From NCBI RefSeq assembly GCF_022045235.1, contig NW_027266264.1, positions 76,136,001-76,200,000 of the forward strand: a DNA stretch of 64,000 nucleotides, given 5' to 3'. Position numbers and translations under genes: made by a program. The notes below the pieces were generated by a model. The model was not told the DNA's origin. It saw nothing but the letters and a program-made list of their open reading frames with translations, and made no database searches. Of this stretch, positions 25,084 to 36,363 are shown in pieces; the first letter of the stretch is position 1, and each line of letters opens with the position of its first letter. The stretch is from Haliotis cracherodii (taxonomy: Eukaryota).

Positions 25084-27659
25084 ATTGGCCTCGACGCTCG
25101 TCTTCACTTGCCAATAGACGGCACTGGAAAATAGCCACGTGTACACGCGTTCCAGAATGTCATGAGTTGTCACGTATTCTTGGCAATTGATAGTTTGTCC
25201 TTGCATTTTCACACTTGCAGTGAAGACCCAAAGTTTAGTATGTACAATGTTAACTTTACAATGGTGCATTGAGCGGTCTCAAGAGTGGTTGTCTGGTAGG
25301 GATGGGGGAGAAGAAAGAGACGATGAAGGTGGGTTTGCTGTCCTTCAAAGTGAAGACCATGAGCTTAATTCTTACCGGTTTTATTGCACTTCACTAAATA
25401 TGTAGGCTTCCAATATGTTCCATTTGGTATGTTCTACGCCAGCTATGTCCATGGTTCGTTTATTACTATTAAAGTCATATGTCAGTGAGGTCACATTAGG
25501 GTCATCATTTGAAAATTCGTCAGGCGGGGATGGCCTACGTGACATGAGGCGCCGCAAGTCTCTGTGCGGAGTTGTTTCCCTTAGCGATGCCCGGAATGTT
25601 GTGTTAAGCCGCAGATATATGCAGCAATGCAGAGCTGCGTCCCTTAGGCGTGCCAGAAACCTATGATAGGGGGTTCAAATCCCAAACTAGTAGTAGTAGT
25701 AGTTAAGGGGGGGGGGGGGCATGACAAGAGTCGTAAACAGTTCATGTGTTCAACATCTGTGTTGATTTAGAAACATACAGCAAGTTTGTAACTGCTCTTG
25801 TGTAATGTTAGGTTATATAATATGAAGTAATCTTTCAATTTCTGACATCTGAAAGCCAACAGAGTTCATCCGTACAGGAAGATCAAAGTTGAAGTATTTC
25901 CTGCGACCAAGCCTTCACGTCGCTAACTCAAACCACACATCAGTGTACCAACGGGAATACCAGTTGAAGGACGAGTCTCCATTTGTTAGTTTTGCCAAGA
26001 TACAATGTACACTTTGTCAATACACAGCACTTCATCCGAAAATAAGAGGAATCGAGGTGATAAAACTGACACGCCGCGATATAACTGGAATACTGTTAAA
26101 AGCGGCGTTAAACCCAACTCAGTCACTCACTCACTCTTAAACCTGCATCGCTTCGGGCTTTCCACCCACATTAAGCTGACACGCCGCGATATAACTGGAA
26201 TACTGTTAAAAGTGGCGTTAAATCCAACTCACTCACCCTTTGAAAGGGTCTTGACGGTCTACCAATCCATTTAACTTATGCTGAGCACAAGAGGCGACCA
26301 AATGGATCGAGTGGTCAGGCTTGGCTGATTTCGTGTCATCGTACTCCGACGGTATGGATCGTTTCTCACACTATCGATCACTGGATTCTCTGGTCGTGAC
26401 TCGACTATTTACCAGCTTCCGTGTTATAGCTGAATATTGCTGAGAGCTGCGTTAAGAAGGCAAAAGCCAAATCAATATGTTTGGAAATTCAACAAATATA
26501 CACCTGTCTGTATTATCTCCAACTCAACTCAGGGTAAAATAATGATCACGTTTTCGAGGCTCAGACATTAAGAGCCTCAAGATCAGCTTGACACGATACA
26601 CGTACCAGTGATTGTTGGCAGATTGCGAGCCCAGGGCCTTCCATTTGTTATCGGTATGTATTCGTATGCATATGTCGCAGTAGGCTTATCAACATACGCT
26701 TTCAACCTAACATTTGTGCCATGTGTGCATGTATCTTGGTTGGACGTGGACTTACATGCACTATATCCTCGTCATCTGACCCATTTGTGATCGGCCAAGC
26801 TCGTCGGTTTCCGCGAGAATTCGATTACATGTCACTCTCCCCGAAATGAGTCATTTTCGCTGATCTTGTATCTGTTGCCTGGTGATTATAAATATTTACG
26901 TTGCTCGGATTTCCCCGATGAGGTCACGCCCATATCGGAATGAGTGAGTGAGTTGGGTTTAACACCGCTTTTAACAGTATTCCAGTTATATCACGGCGTG
27001 TCAGCTTAATGTAGGAGGAAAGCCCGAAGTGATGCAGGTCCCGCTATCATAGCTTTCCGGCGTGCAAGTCTGCACAGCGAATCGACGACTGGGCCACCCA
27101 CTTTTACTGGATTACAGTTTTTTTACGAACTGAAAGACGGAGTGCATCAAGTTTGAGTTTCTTCCCACATCTTTTTCTGTCACTGCTTCATGACATGCAT
27201 TTTAGTTCACCTGACAGAATGTACGAGCTCATGCTTCATCTGTCGTCCCTCGTAAACATCGCCTCCTCAGAAAACTCAGGACCAATGTAGCTGAAACTTC
27301 ACACGCTTGTTTCCACATATGATGACACCCCAAAAAGGTTAGAATCCGATTTTCAATATGGCCGCCACAGTTAGAAAATGTGTAGATAGTTATGGGGCTT
27401 AACGCATTTGTTCCGTCTTTTGCGATATTTTAGTTTGCTCTAGCTGAAACTTCTTATGGATTTTAGTCAGCAGTCAGTGGTTCGATCCCCAGGCGCGCAA
27501 TACCAAAAGATGGTACTTGTTGTTACCATGCATGGGGCTCGGCATTACGTCAAACGTTCAACTCCGTATCAAACAAGGAATTGTCGGTCTGGATTCAGTA
27601 TGTTGTGTCTGTGTGATGTATCCAGGTAAAACTGCGGTATGGTATCTCAGTGGTCATCA

Positions 27660-27923
27660 TTGTTTGTTTGTTTGTTTGTAATTTAACGCCGCACTCAGCA
27701 ATATTCCAGCTATATGACGGCGGTCTGTAAATAATCGAGTCTGGACCAGACAATCCAGTGACTGACGTTTTGAGCATCGATCCACGCAATTGGGATACGA
27801 TGACATGCATCAACCAAGTCAGCGAGCCTGAACACCCGATCCCGTTAGTCGCCTTTTACGACAAGCAAAGTCGCCTTTTACTGAAGTTGCTGAAGACCTA
27901 TTCTACCCCGGATCTTCACGGGT
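27660..27923 (-). mobile_element. SINE-type repeat, family 1; its duplicate at 56227-56447 forms the inversion junction
   Basis: Full copy here; the duplicate is truncated at GGAATAT. Confidence 0.8.
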
Positions 27924-30900
27924 TTCAGTGGTCATTAAACAAATCAGCATAATTTCGAACTTGTACAAGCAGCAATGCACAAACATAACATACACGCATG
28001 CGCATGCACGTTGCTATACAATTATCTTCAACGCGATATAAACTCCATTCCATCTTGCCTCACCTCAAATTGTGATTAAATGTGATAAATCTGTAGTCAG
28101 AGTTGTGTGCCATTTTAAACTCTGACCCTTTTTTGAGCTTCACACTTCGGCCATGCTCCAAAATTGCCAGAAAATACATGTCATCACACTGTTAACGTTA
28201 TCTCGTCAGAAACTTGAGACGAATTTCCTGAAATTTGACATACTTGTTCCCACCAATGATGACATCCCAATTTGTCAGCCATATTGAAAAACCTATACTT
28301 GGCCGTTACTGAATGTTGCGTCAATCTCGGTATCACGTCACAGGCTACCGTGACTGGGTAGAAAGGTTCAGAACAGTTAAACATTCCAAACATTGTTTGG
28401 AAAAGATTTATCTGCTCACGAAATGTGCATTTGGTGTTTTTTACCAAAGTATAATTTATTCAATGTAAAAAACTCCTCCTTCCTGAGACAAGTATATGTT
28501 TTGAAGCGTTGACTAAAATTATTCTGTCTCAAACATAAATTATGTTTGTTTGTTTGTTTCTTTGCACTCAGCAATATCCCAGCTAAATGACGGCGGTCTG
28601 TAAATAATCGAATTCGGACCAGACAATCGAGTCATTGGCATTATGAGTTAACGACATTATCATTTGATCCATGAAGGCTTGGACACGCCGTGGGGGGCAA
28701 CTACTTGGTACCTTACAAAGACCACTGTGATCGACAATACTTGGATTGGGCACCGTCTGGAAGAATCTCAGCTGTGACGGACTGACTGTGTACCATCCTC
28801 TAATGCACCCGAACGTCATGCCAAACTTACAACCTCTGTGGATTCAGTGTACTTAACGCTTTGTATTAGGTGGTCACAATTTCACATTTTTGAGGCTGCT
28901 GTATTAACAAACAATAACGTAAAACTTTACACTGTATCATTCTCAATTTAATACAAGCATGAAAAACTAACCGACATTGTTTTCCATCGTAGCTCATCAG
29001 TCAGTGTTGTTACGTGTCGATTCCCAAATTGAAACAATATGTTAACCCAGAAATCTGTACGTAAAAGAGTTTGGCATGAAACCAACAAACAACCAACAAG
29101 TGGTATACACTCAACAAATGTATCACACAATTCACTAGGTACTGCAACTATACTCAACAACAAAAGTTCCTGTGACACCAATATTTTAGTGTATTTTTCA
29201 TACAAGTGAAGTTTGGTTTTCAATATTGTAGTACACTATTGGAATCAAGTCACAAAAACGCAACTGCTACAGAAAAGCATGCATTCTATGCAAAAGTTGA
29301 CTTTTATGCAAGCCCTACGCATTTCACTACCCAAGAATTGGTATAAAAACATGTGCGTTAACGGGATTCCATATGCATTGTTTCAAGAAGCATCCCTGGC
29401 CTTCGACGAATATCTTCACAAACCGTACGTCGTCGCCTCAAATGTGCAGGAATTGTCGCCAGAAGACCCGCCAGGTGTCCCATTTTGTCAGGAAACCACC
29501 GTCAAGCACGTCTACAGAGGTGCAGACAGAGTCTACGCTGCACGGCCATGCAGTGGGGACAAGTTCTATTCACTGACGAGTCTCGTTTTCACCTCAGCCA
29601 CAGCGATGGATTGATTCGGGTGTACCGACGTCCAGGTGAACGTTACGTCAATCATTGTGTCGTGGAAGAAGATCGGTTCGGGGGCGGCAGCATAATGGCA
29701 TGGGGTGGAATTACAGCAAGACAGAGGACCCGTTTGATAGTGGAAGAGGGGAGCTGGTCTCGATGTAACGAAATGTGAGAGGAAATGTGTGAAAAATGCG
29801 AGAGGCACGTTCTTGTCCCCTTATAGATGGTCTTATAGATGGTCTAACTAGCTCCATCTCAGTCACACTAGCATCTAAATATAGTAACTTCCCCCCACTG
29901 CTTTCATAAAAGAGTACTACATTCCCGACACCTAATCATTGTCCAAATGCAAAACAATGAGCTTCCAGCGCATCTCTACAGAAACAATATAATACACTTA
30001 CAATCGTTATTTGACAATAACATACACTACCATGTAACAATGTATGAAATGACTGTCTGTCGTCCGCCATTCAATAACATTTTCTCTCATTACTAATGGA
30101 TTCATTTAACATAGATACAGATGTTAAAACACATGTACAGATGCAGATTTGTTCATATAAAGTGACTGCTGGTGATATTTCTGAAATAAATGATACAATA
30201 CTGCCGAAACTGTCCAAACATGCCTTTAATGGTCAAGACGTCTGTATTACTATGGTTGCTGTAAAAAAAACTTATAAAAACAATTTCCATAATCCTAATT
30301 ATGAAATCTCTTCAAGGTTGTTGGAAGTAAGTAATGATCAAGACGTCAGTTTTTCGTGCGAACTAATTGCAGAACAATGTGATAACTTAAAGATACAAAG
30401 ATAGATTCACTACGAAACGAGTGTTACAAGTCATATTACTTTCCGAATGCAATGACACACACGTTTCCTTGATTCAAGTCAACACGTGCAGGTCCTGTCT
30501 CCAGTGGGAAATGACAGGGCGTTATATACACAAAAGTCGTTATATATGACACATAGTCCTAACAGTGAAGGGTCAGTCCAGTATCCGCCAGCCCCACATC
30601 CTGCTAACAGTGTACAGCGAGCTCAGTACGCTGGTCCAACATACCACTGTACAGACAGTGTGCGACTACAGACGTTCTTCTTATTTCCTCGAAACAACAG
30701 CACTCTTCAAGATGACATGCCAGAACAGATCAATTACTCTCACAACCACGGAACGGTTTATATTCGACGCTCCGACGATGGTGTTCATGCTCCTCATTCT
30801 GGTGGTTGGAATATTTGGAAACATATTGGTGTTGTATATATACACTCGGAAAATACGAATACATATTTTTGGATTCTTTGTTAAACTTTTGGCTGTTTTT

Positions 30901-31150
30901 GACCTGGTTTCTACAGTGGTTGCTGTCCCAACTACGCTGATTTTCCGACTTACCTCCCCTGATTATAATGATGCCGGACATTTGTGCCAAGTGATGTCAT
31001 TCGTGAAGCACTTTAACACTCTTAATTCGGGATTAATGTTCATCATCATTGCAGTTCAAAGATACAAGAAAGTATGCCAACCAAACAAATCGCAGATGTC
31101 AGAAATACTTGCGAAAAAATTGTGCCTAACTTCTGTCTGTGTTTCTGCAA
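27701..31150 (+). repeat. Segmental duplication arm A (inverted copy at ~53050-56447)
   Basis: ORF-track peptides at 27758, 28184, 28583, 28948, 29373 and 29485 recur almost identically on the opposite strand at 56196, 55701, 55329, 54913, 54560 and 54358. Confidence 0.92.
29380..29780 (+). pseudogene. Tc1/mariner transposase fragment
   Basis: HRQARLQRC...WGQVLFTDESRF...RVYRRPGERY...FGGGSIMAWGGI. Confidence 0.85.
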
Positions 31151-31740
31151 TGGCGAGCATGCCAATCATTTTTGTCACAAGTGAAACGATGACGTGTATT
31201 GAGAGGGGAAACGACTTTGTTCTCGTGCCCATTTGTGATTTTACCTCTGATACGAAACGGAGCCTTCCGTCGATCATGTATGCAACCTGGGTTGGAGTTG
31301 AACTTGTAGGAATCACTACAACTCTTACTGTCTTGTATCGTGCTATTGTCAAAGCACTTAGAGCTCACATCAGGGATACTGCCGCCAGTATTCGCCCCAC
31401 ACCGAATTCTAGCAGAGATGTAGCCAGGACAGCTACTATCACCTTCTTTGTTCTTACTTTGGTGTTTCTAATCTCGTCAGCGCCAGTGGTTGTTCTGACT
31501 ATATATTTCAGTTTGGTTAAATTCGACATTCATTGGTCCCATGCACAGTTCGGAGCCTGTGATCTGGCTGAGAACTTGCTATTCCTCAACTGTGCCATCA
31601 ATCCATTCGTATACAGCTCCACTTCATCTGTGTTCAGAAGGGAACTTAAGCATGTTCTCTGTCTCTTGAAATCTGGAGAGCAAACGTCCTCAACTCAGGA
31701 ATCTCAGCTTCAAAGTCGACACATCATTCCAGCAACATAA
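30712..31740 (+). CDS. GPCR-2: intronless rhodopsin-class orphan GPCR, 342 aa (5' type A, 3' type X)
   Basis: MTCQNRS start, GIFGN, LAVFD, QRY, PICDF, NPFVY; reading frame intact. Confidence 0.93.
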   Translation: MTCQNRSITLTTTERFIFDAPTMVFMLLILVVGIFGNILVLYIYTRKIRIHIFGFFVKLLAVFDLVSTVVAVPTTLIFRLTSPDYNDAGHLCQVMSFVKHFNTLNSGLMFIIIAVQRYKKVCQPNKSQMSEILAKKLCLTSVCVSAMASMPIIFVTSETMTCIERGNDFVLVPICDFTSDTKRSLPSIMYATWVGVELVGITTTLTVLYRAIVKALRAHIRDTAASIRPTPNSSRDVARTATITFFVLTLVFLISSAPVVVLTIYFSLVKFDIHWSHAQFGACDLAENLLFLNCAINPFVYSSTSSVFRRELKHVLCLLKSGEQTSSTQESQLQSRHIIPAT

Positions 31741-32955
31741 ATAACATTCATCGCCCTTTATTGACTTGTACCATCTGTTCCCGTGTTCAGGTGAACACTT
31801 GTATGTGTTCGTGGCGGTTGCCACAGGATACGGGTTGACAGGATACGCTCAACTTTTCGCGAACACCTGGTATCGTCAAGAATTCATGATGATATGTTAA
31901 CACATGTCTTGGAGATTTCTTACAAACATGGAAATTGTATGGCTGCTTTTATACAATCTCATTAAAATCAGACCTTAGTTCTCGCTTCCGCTAAACAAAG
32001 ATCTGAATACATGCCATTAGAGGTCACGTCAGAACGACCTTTCATCCGACTAATCAGAGCGTCGCTTACCAGATTATGAAAGCGACAGTCGGGATGTGAT
32101 TTCTAATCAAGCAGCCTCGAAAACTTTAACACGGAGCATTCCGAACGATACTTACGGGTTTAACGACTGAATCCATACAATCTAGACCATCTATTAGCCA
32201 TTCCAGAATGTTCTTTTGTTCAGGTTTTAAATTTGTAATCGAGAATTTGTCAAAATACGTTTCGAAGCGTAGTCGCCTATTTGAAATTAGTGCCGTAAAG
32301 CACGAGAAAGCTCTCTTCTGATTGGTCAATCCATTGGTCGGTCAAAGTTCGCGCAAGGTCAGTCTGACGTGACCCGTAATGGGATGTCCTCAGATCTTTG
32401 TTTAGCGGTAGCGAGAACTAAGATCTGATTTTAATGAGATTGGCTTTTATCGGACGTCCTGTAAATGTTAGATAAGATGACGACCCTGTTCCACAAAGCA
32501 ATCTCAACAGAACGACGATCGTAAGCCTATGTGAAAGTAGTTCGTTGTCATGCTTTGCAATAAACGTTTATTTTCTTTGTTGGCAAGTGCTTAGCATGTT
32601 GTATTTTGTTTTGTTTATCTTTTTGTATCAGTGCTTAAGGTACTATTTCAACTGCAATATTTGTTTTGGTTAGTAACGTCGTGTGTAGTCATCTGTAATG
32701 CGAGGTTTTGGTACCTAGGGTGTGAAATGGGGTCGTACTATACTTGCGGTCAACCCGGCACTGACGTTGGACATTGCAACTTCACATTTCGTCCTATATA
32801 ACTATTACCAAAACAAGTTTTGCAAATGTGTACCAACGTTATCTGATTTTCTTATTTTATGATATATATTACCTGCAACTGAAGTTTAACTGAGCCTCGC
32901 CTCGCCTCGATCTCGGTAGCCTAGCCAGCTAAAACGTGACTAAATGTCACTAATC
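31030..32955 (+). repeat. Segmental duplication arm C (inverted copy ~38656-40225; direct copy ~62900-64000)
   Basis: The 3' half of GPCR-2 plus flank is the reverse complement of the GPCR-3 3' half plus flank. Similarity ends at GTCACTAATC (32955) / GATTAGTGA (38656). Confidence 0.9.
31954..32442. mobile_element. Non-autonomous AcademH-like TIR element with RecQ-like remnant
   Basis: ~90-bp TIRs CAATCTCATTAAAATCAGA...; 9-bp TSD GCTTTTATA/GCTTTTATC; empty site present in the inverted arm (~39270-39290). Internal minus-strand FSITNLKPEQKNILEWLIDGLDCM resembles the RecQ Q-motif region. Confidence 0.7.
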
Positions 32956-33241
32956 TTAAAACAAAGTTACGTGAACTTTCATGACAGTTGGGTGGACGCA
33001 GTCATTTTGCTTACACTCCAATAGTTTGAGTATGGGTACTAAATCGTCCCATAGTCTTCCTTGAAAGGTTCCCCTCCCATAGTTAAACAAGAGCGGTCGC
33101 CCTCCCATAGTACAGCATGATTTTTGCAAAATTATTTTGTGATACATGCTCGGGAGAAGATACAGGAAATGTGTCTTATACTCTTCACTAACTTCAACAA
33201 AATATAACAAGATTATGTCACTGTTGACCCAACGTTTATTC

Positions 33242-36016
33242 TCAGAATGTTAGGGACAAAACAACGCCATCCCTAAGAACCAATTTAAGATCACGTTCAT
33301 TCCTCGAAGCTGTGTCATCATTTGTCTCTTTGGTACTGGTCAAAGTTGATGCAGTTGATGCCGTTGACGTAGATCTGATTACTGTCGACTCAGTTGGGAA
33401 TGCAGGTTTACTTGATTTCCTCTGAATGATGTTGTCAACACGGGCTTCCATCTCCGCAGATGTCCTCTACGTTTAAATAATAAATTAATGCATTTCGGTT
33501 ATGGAAATGGCCTGGTTTGTTTAATCCGTGTAATGAACGATATTCATCCATATTTGGCCCCATCCAAAACATTTTCCTTTCATTAACGACCATCCCTTAT
33601 ACTTAAGTGAGTGAGTGCGTATGGTTTTACGCCGCTTTTAGCAATATTCCAGCAATATCACGGCGGGAGACACCAGAAATGGGCTTCACACATTGTACCC
33701 ATGTCGGGAATCGAACCCGGGCCTTCGGCGTGACGAGCGAACGATTTAACCACTAGACTATCCGACCGCCCCCCTTATACTTATACTAAATACTAGATTT
33801 TTCATTGTCATGTTTTAGATGTCACACATATACGAAAAAGTTGTTTTTTTCAAAGTGACCCCCACACAACTGAGCTTTCCGTTCGATCACTTGAGAGCGT
33901 ATTAGTAACATTAGTAGTATTTTGCGGACAAGCATATACTACAAACCAGCGCAAATGTATCAACAAACCATACCTTGTAGCTTCGTATTGCCACAGACTT
34001 GTGCCCTGTCCTCTCAGCGATAAGCTGTTCGTCTAGGCCAGAGTCATACAGACGTGTTGCAGTGGTGGCCCTTAAGGAGTGGTTGGAATAAAAACCACTA
34101 AAACCTGCCACTTTACACAGTCTTCCGATAGTGCCTCTTAAAGGATGTAATCCAATCGGAATGTCAGCATACCATGTATTTTCTCTCACAAATTTCAAGG
34201 GCCTCAAGTAAAATGTCAGCATACCATGTATTTTCTCTCACAAATTTCAAGGGCCTCAAGTAAAATGCGGTGCATTTTCCGTCTTTAGGTCTGAAAATAA
34301 CATAAATAAATAATTTATATACACACATGTAGTTTCAATGTCTAAACACGATCGAGTAAAAGTCAGTAATGACAATGCCCCGCGCACGGGGGCGTGAAGT
34401 TCATTTTGTTAACGTCATTAAACTTAATGACGTCCCAATATAGTATGACATCATAGTGAAATATTGTTCACGTTTACCATCGATGCTGAAATATGTATTG
34501 CTTCAACTTTGTTAAGTCACATGTACACCATTGGGATCAAATATAATTGGTTGGTCATGCCACTTTCAGCTATATTTCAGTTATATCGTGGCGGCCTATT
34601 AATAAATGTAAACGGGAAAAAATATAGAGCAGTTCTCTACCAGACAGCCATGGGCTGACGACATGAGCAACGATCTACGAAGGCTCGATCGACAACAACC
34701 AGAACACATTACATGACCACTTCCCCCACTCCTATTATGTAGCCTTTTAGGACAGTCAGGGTATACCGAGGACCCATTCTACCCCGGAAATTGCGTCACA
34801 AAATGGTAATGAAGTCATAATAATAGGTGACGTGTTATGAACACTTGAGTTGAAAATTCCAAGACAGTTAAATCAACTTCCAATATACTCTTAAAAATTA
34901 CTTCACTGATATCACTGATATACTGTCAAGTTCATTGATAACTTACCTGAGTGACATGTACTTTTCATAAAGCCGAACAAGGCACCTCTCTGGACGCATT
35001 TCGTTCATACTGTCGATGTTTTAAGCCACCTCTGTTTGTTTTGGACACATCTTCCATGTATTTTAGACCTTTCAACCCATCAGCACCTACTGTTATTTCG
35101 AACTGTGAATTCGGGCCCGTTCTAAGATATCGGTGCTCATCACCAGCCCTCAGAGCACAATTGAGGCCAATTAAATACACCATTGTATCTAATAGCTGTT
35201 GGGGGGTACCCTCCCCCAGCATCCCCTTCTCCCACAACATGTCTTCCTGGTCCACACTGATCACTTCAGCCTGACTTTTCACTATCCCGATTCCCTGTCT
35301 TGCCAAATATTTCATTCTCGCATCTAGCACGGACCTTAATCCTTGAAACATCGGAGATTCGAAAAAATTCAGTTGACTGCCGTTTCTTCTGATATAATAT
35401 TGTAGGGACGAGACAATTTCATAAAGAGTATTTCCGCGATATTCCTCGCCCTTCTGATTTCTGACCTCAATCATAAAAAACATCAATGTTTTATTTAACT
35501 CCCTTTCCTCCTGAGCCAGTGACACAATGTCAGGGCTCAATACCATGTCCTCTGTTCTGCCCCTCTTACGCCGTTCCTTCACCCACCCTTGATACAAGCG
35601 AACTCCCCACATACTCTTGTTTTCAGTATTTGATGAGTATGCTGAATCACACAACTTCTTAATGTCAATATCAGATGTTGGCTTGGCAAACCTTGCTGAA
35701 CTTGAATCTACGCTTTGTTCAGAAGCGCCAGTGATTGGGGTATTTCCGATGAAGTTAATAGCGAGCGAGTGTTACAAGGTAGCATATCAAGAAGGTTAGA
35801 TTCAATTGCTTGGCTTGCTTTGTACAGATCAGTGTCGGAACCTGAGGAAAACCCTTCGAGATCAATCAACTCACATTTACCAACATCAAAGTTTAGAAGT
35901 TCATATGAATCCAAATTTAGTAAAGTTTCAAAATCTGAAATAACGCCCACCTCAAAAGTGTTCGTGAAACTATTTTGTGTGACAAATACATCGTTGTCGG
36001 AATCATTCGCACTCAT
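33242..36016 (-). pseudogene. Three-exon tyrosine recombinase (DUF3504/ZMYM-KCTD1-QRICH1-like Crypton YR)
   Basis: Exons 36016-34947, 34290-33974 and 33466-33242 with GT..AG introns. Joins read YMSLR|PKDG and IRSYK|RTS. Motifs ALRAGDEH, SKTNRGG, NHSLRAT, TGHKS and RSYK are present. Frameshifts near 35700-35760, near 35000, and from a 52-bp tandem duplication at ~34161-34265. Confidence 0.88.
33606..33771 (-). mobile_element. tRNA-derived SINE, family 2, inside Crypton intron 2
   Basis: TSD CCCTTATACTTA at 33594-33605 and 33772-33783. Confidence 0.9.
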
Positions 36017-36363
36017 GCTGACAACCCTGCCGAGTCGAACGTCGTTCATCGAAAATCGAAAAATATCATGTTGCATGTGCAGTTATACAGACCACACTCC
36101 CATAGTTTTGCACGTTTATTGGTGTGTTTTAGCGACTTGGTTTGTCATGACCATGTACAACTAGAACACACCTCCGTTAGTTTGGCACATGAATATCACT
36201 TGAAGATTAGTTTGAGGCATCAACTTGATCGAACTTTGTTTTAAGTAGGAGAAAGTCCTCAATCTCGCCATTGTTTTCGCACGTGAAACTTGTTCTCGGC
36301 CTAACGGCCTCGAACAAGCTTCACGTGCGAAAATAATGGCGAGATTGAGGACATTCTCCTATA

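Larger units (their letters stand above)
32956..36363 (-). mobile_element. Crypton (CryptonA-like, tyrosine-recombinase DNA transposon), defective
   Basis: Carries the YR gene listed next and a 50-bp-stem hairpin at 36246-36361. The left boundary is inferred from the end of arm C at TTAA 32956. Confidence 0.8.

Noticed and set aside
31056-31368. Recurring antisense ORFs over the GPCRs (e.g. MTIARYKT..., MMMNINPEL...)
   Set aside because: Shadow frames of the duplicated GPCR coding sequence; the recurrence reflects paralogy.
33242-36016. Domesticated host ZMYM/KCTD1/QRICH1 gene or a currently active invertase
   Set aside because: Three frameshifts, no MYM zinc fingers or BTB domain, and a transposon-type terminal hairpin.
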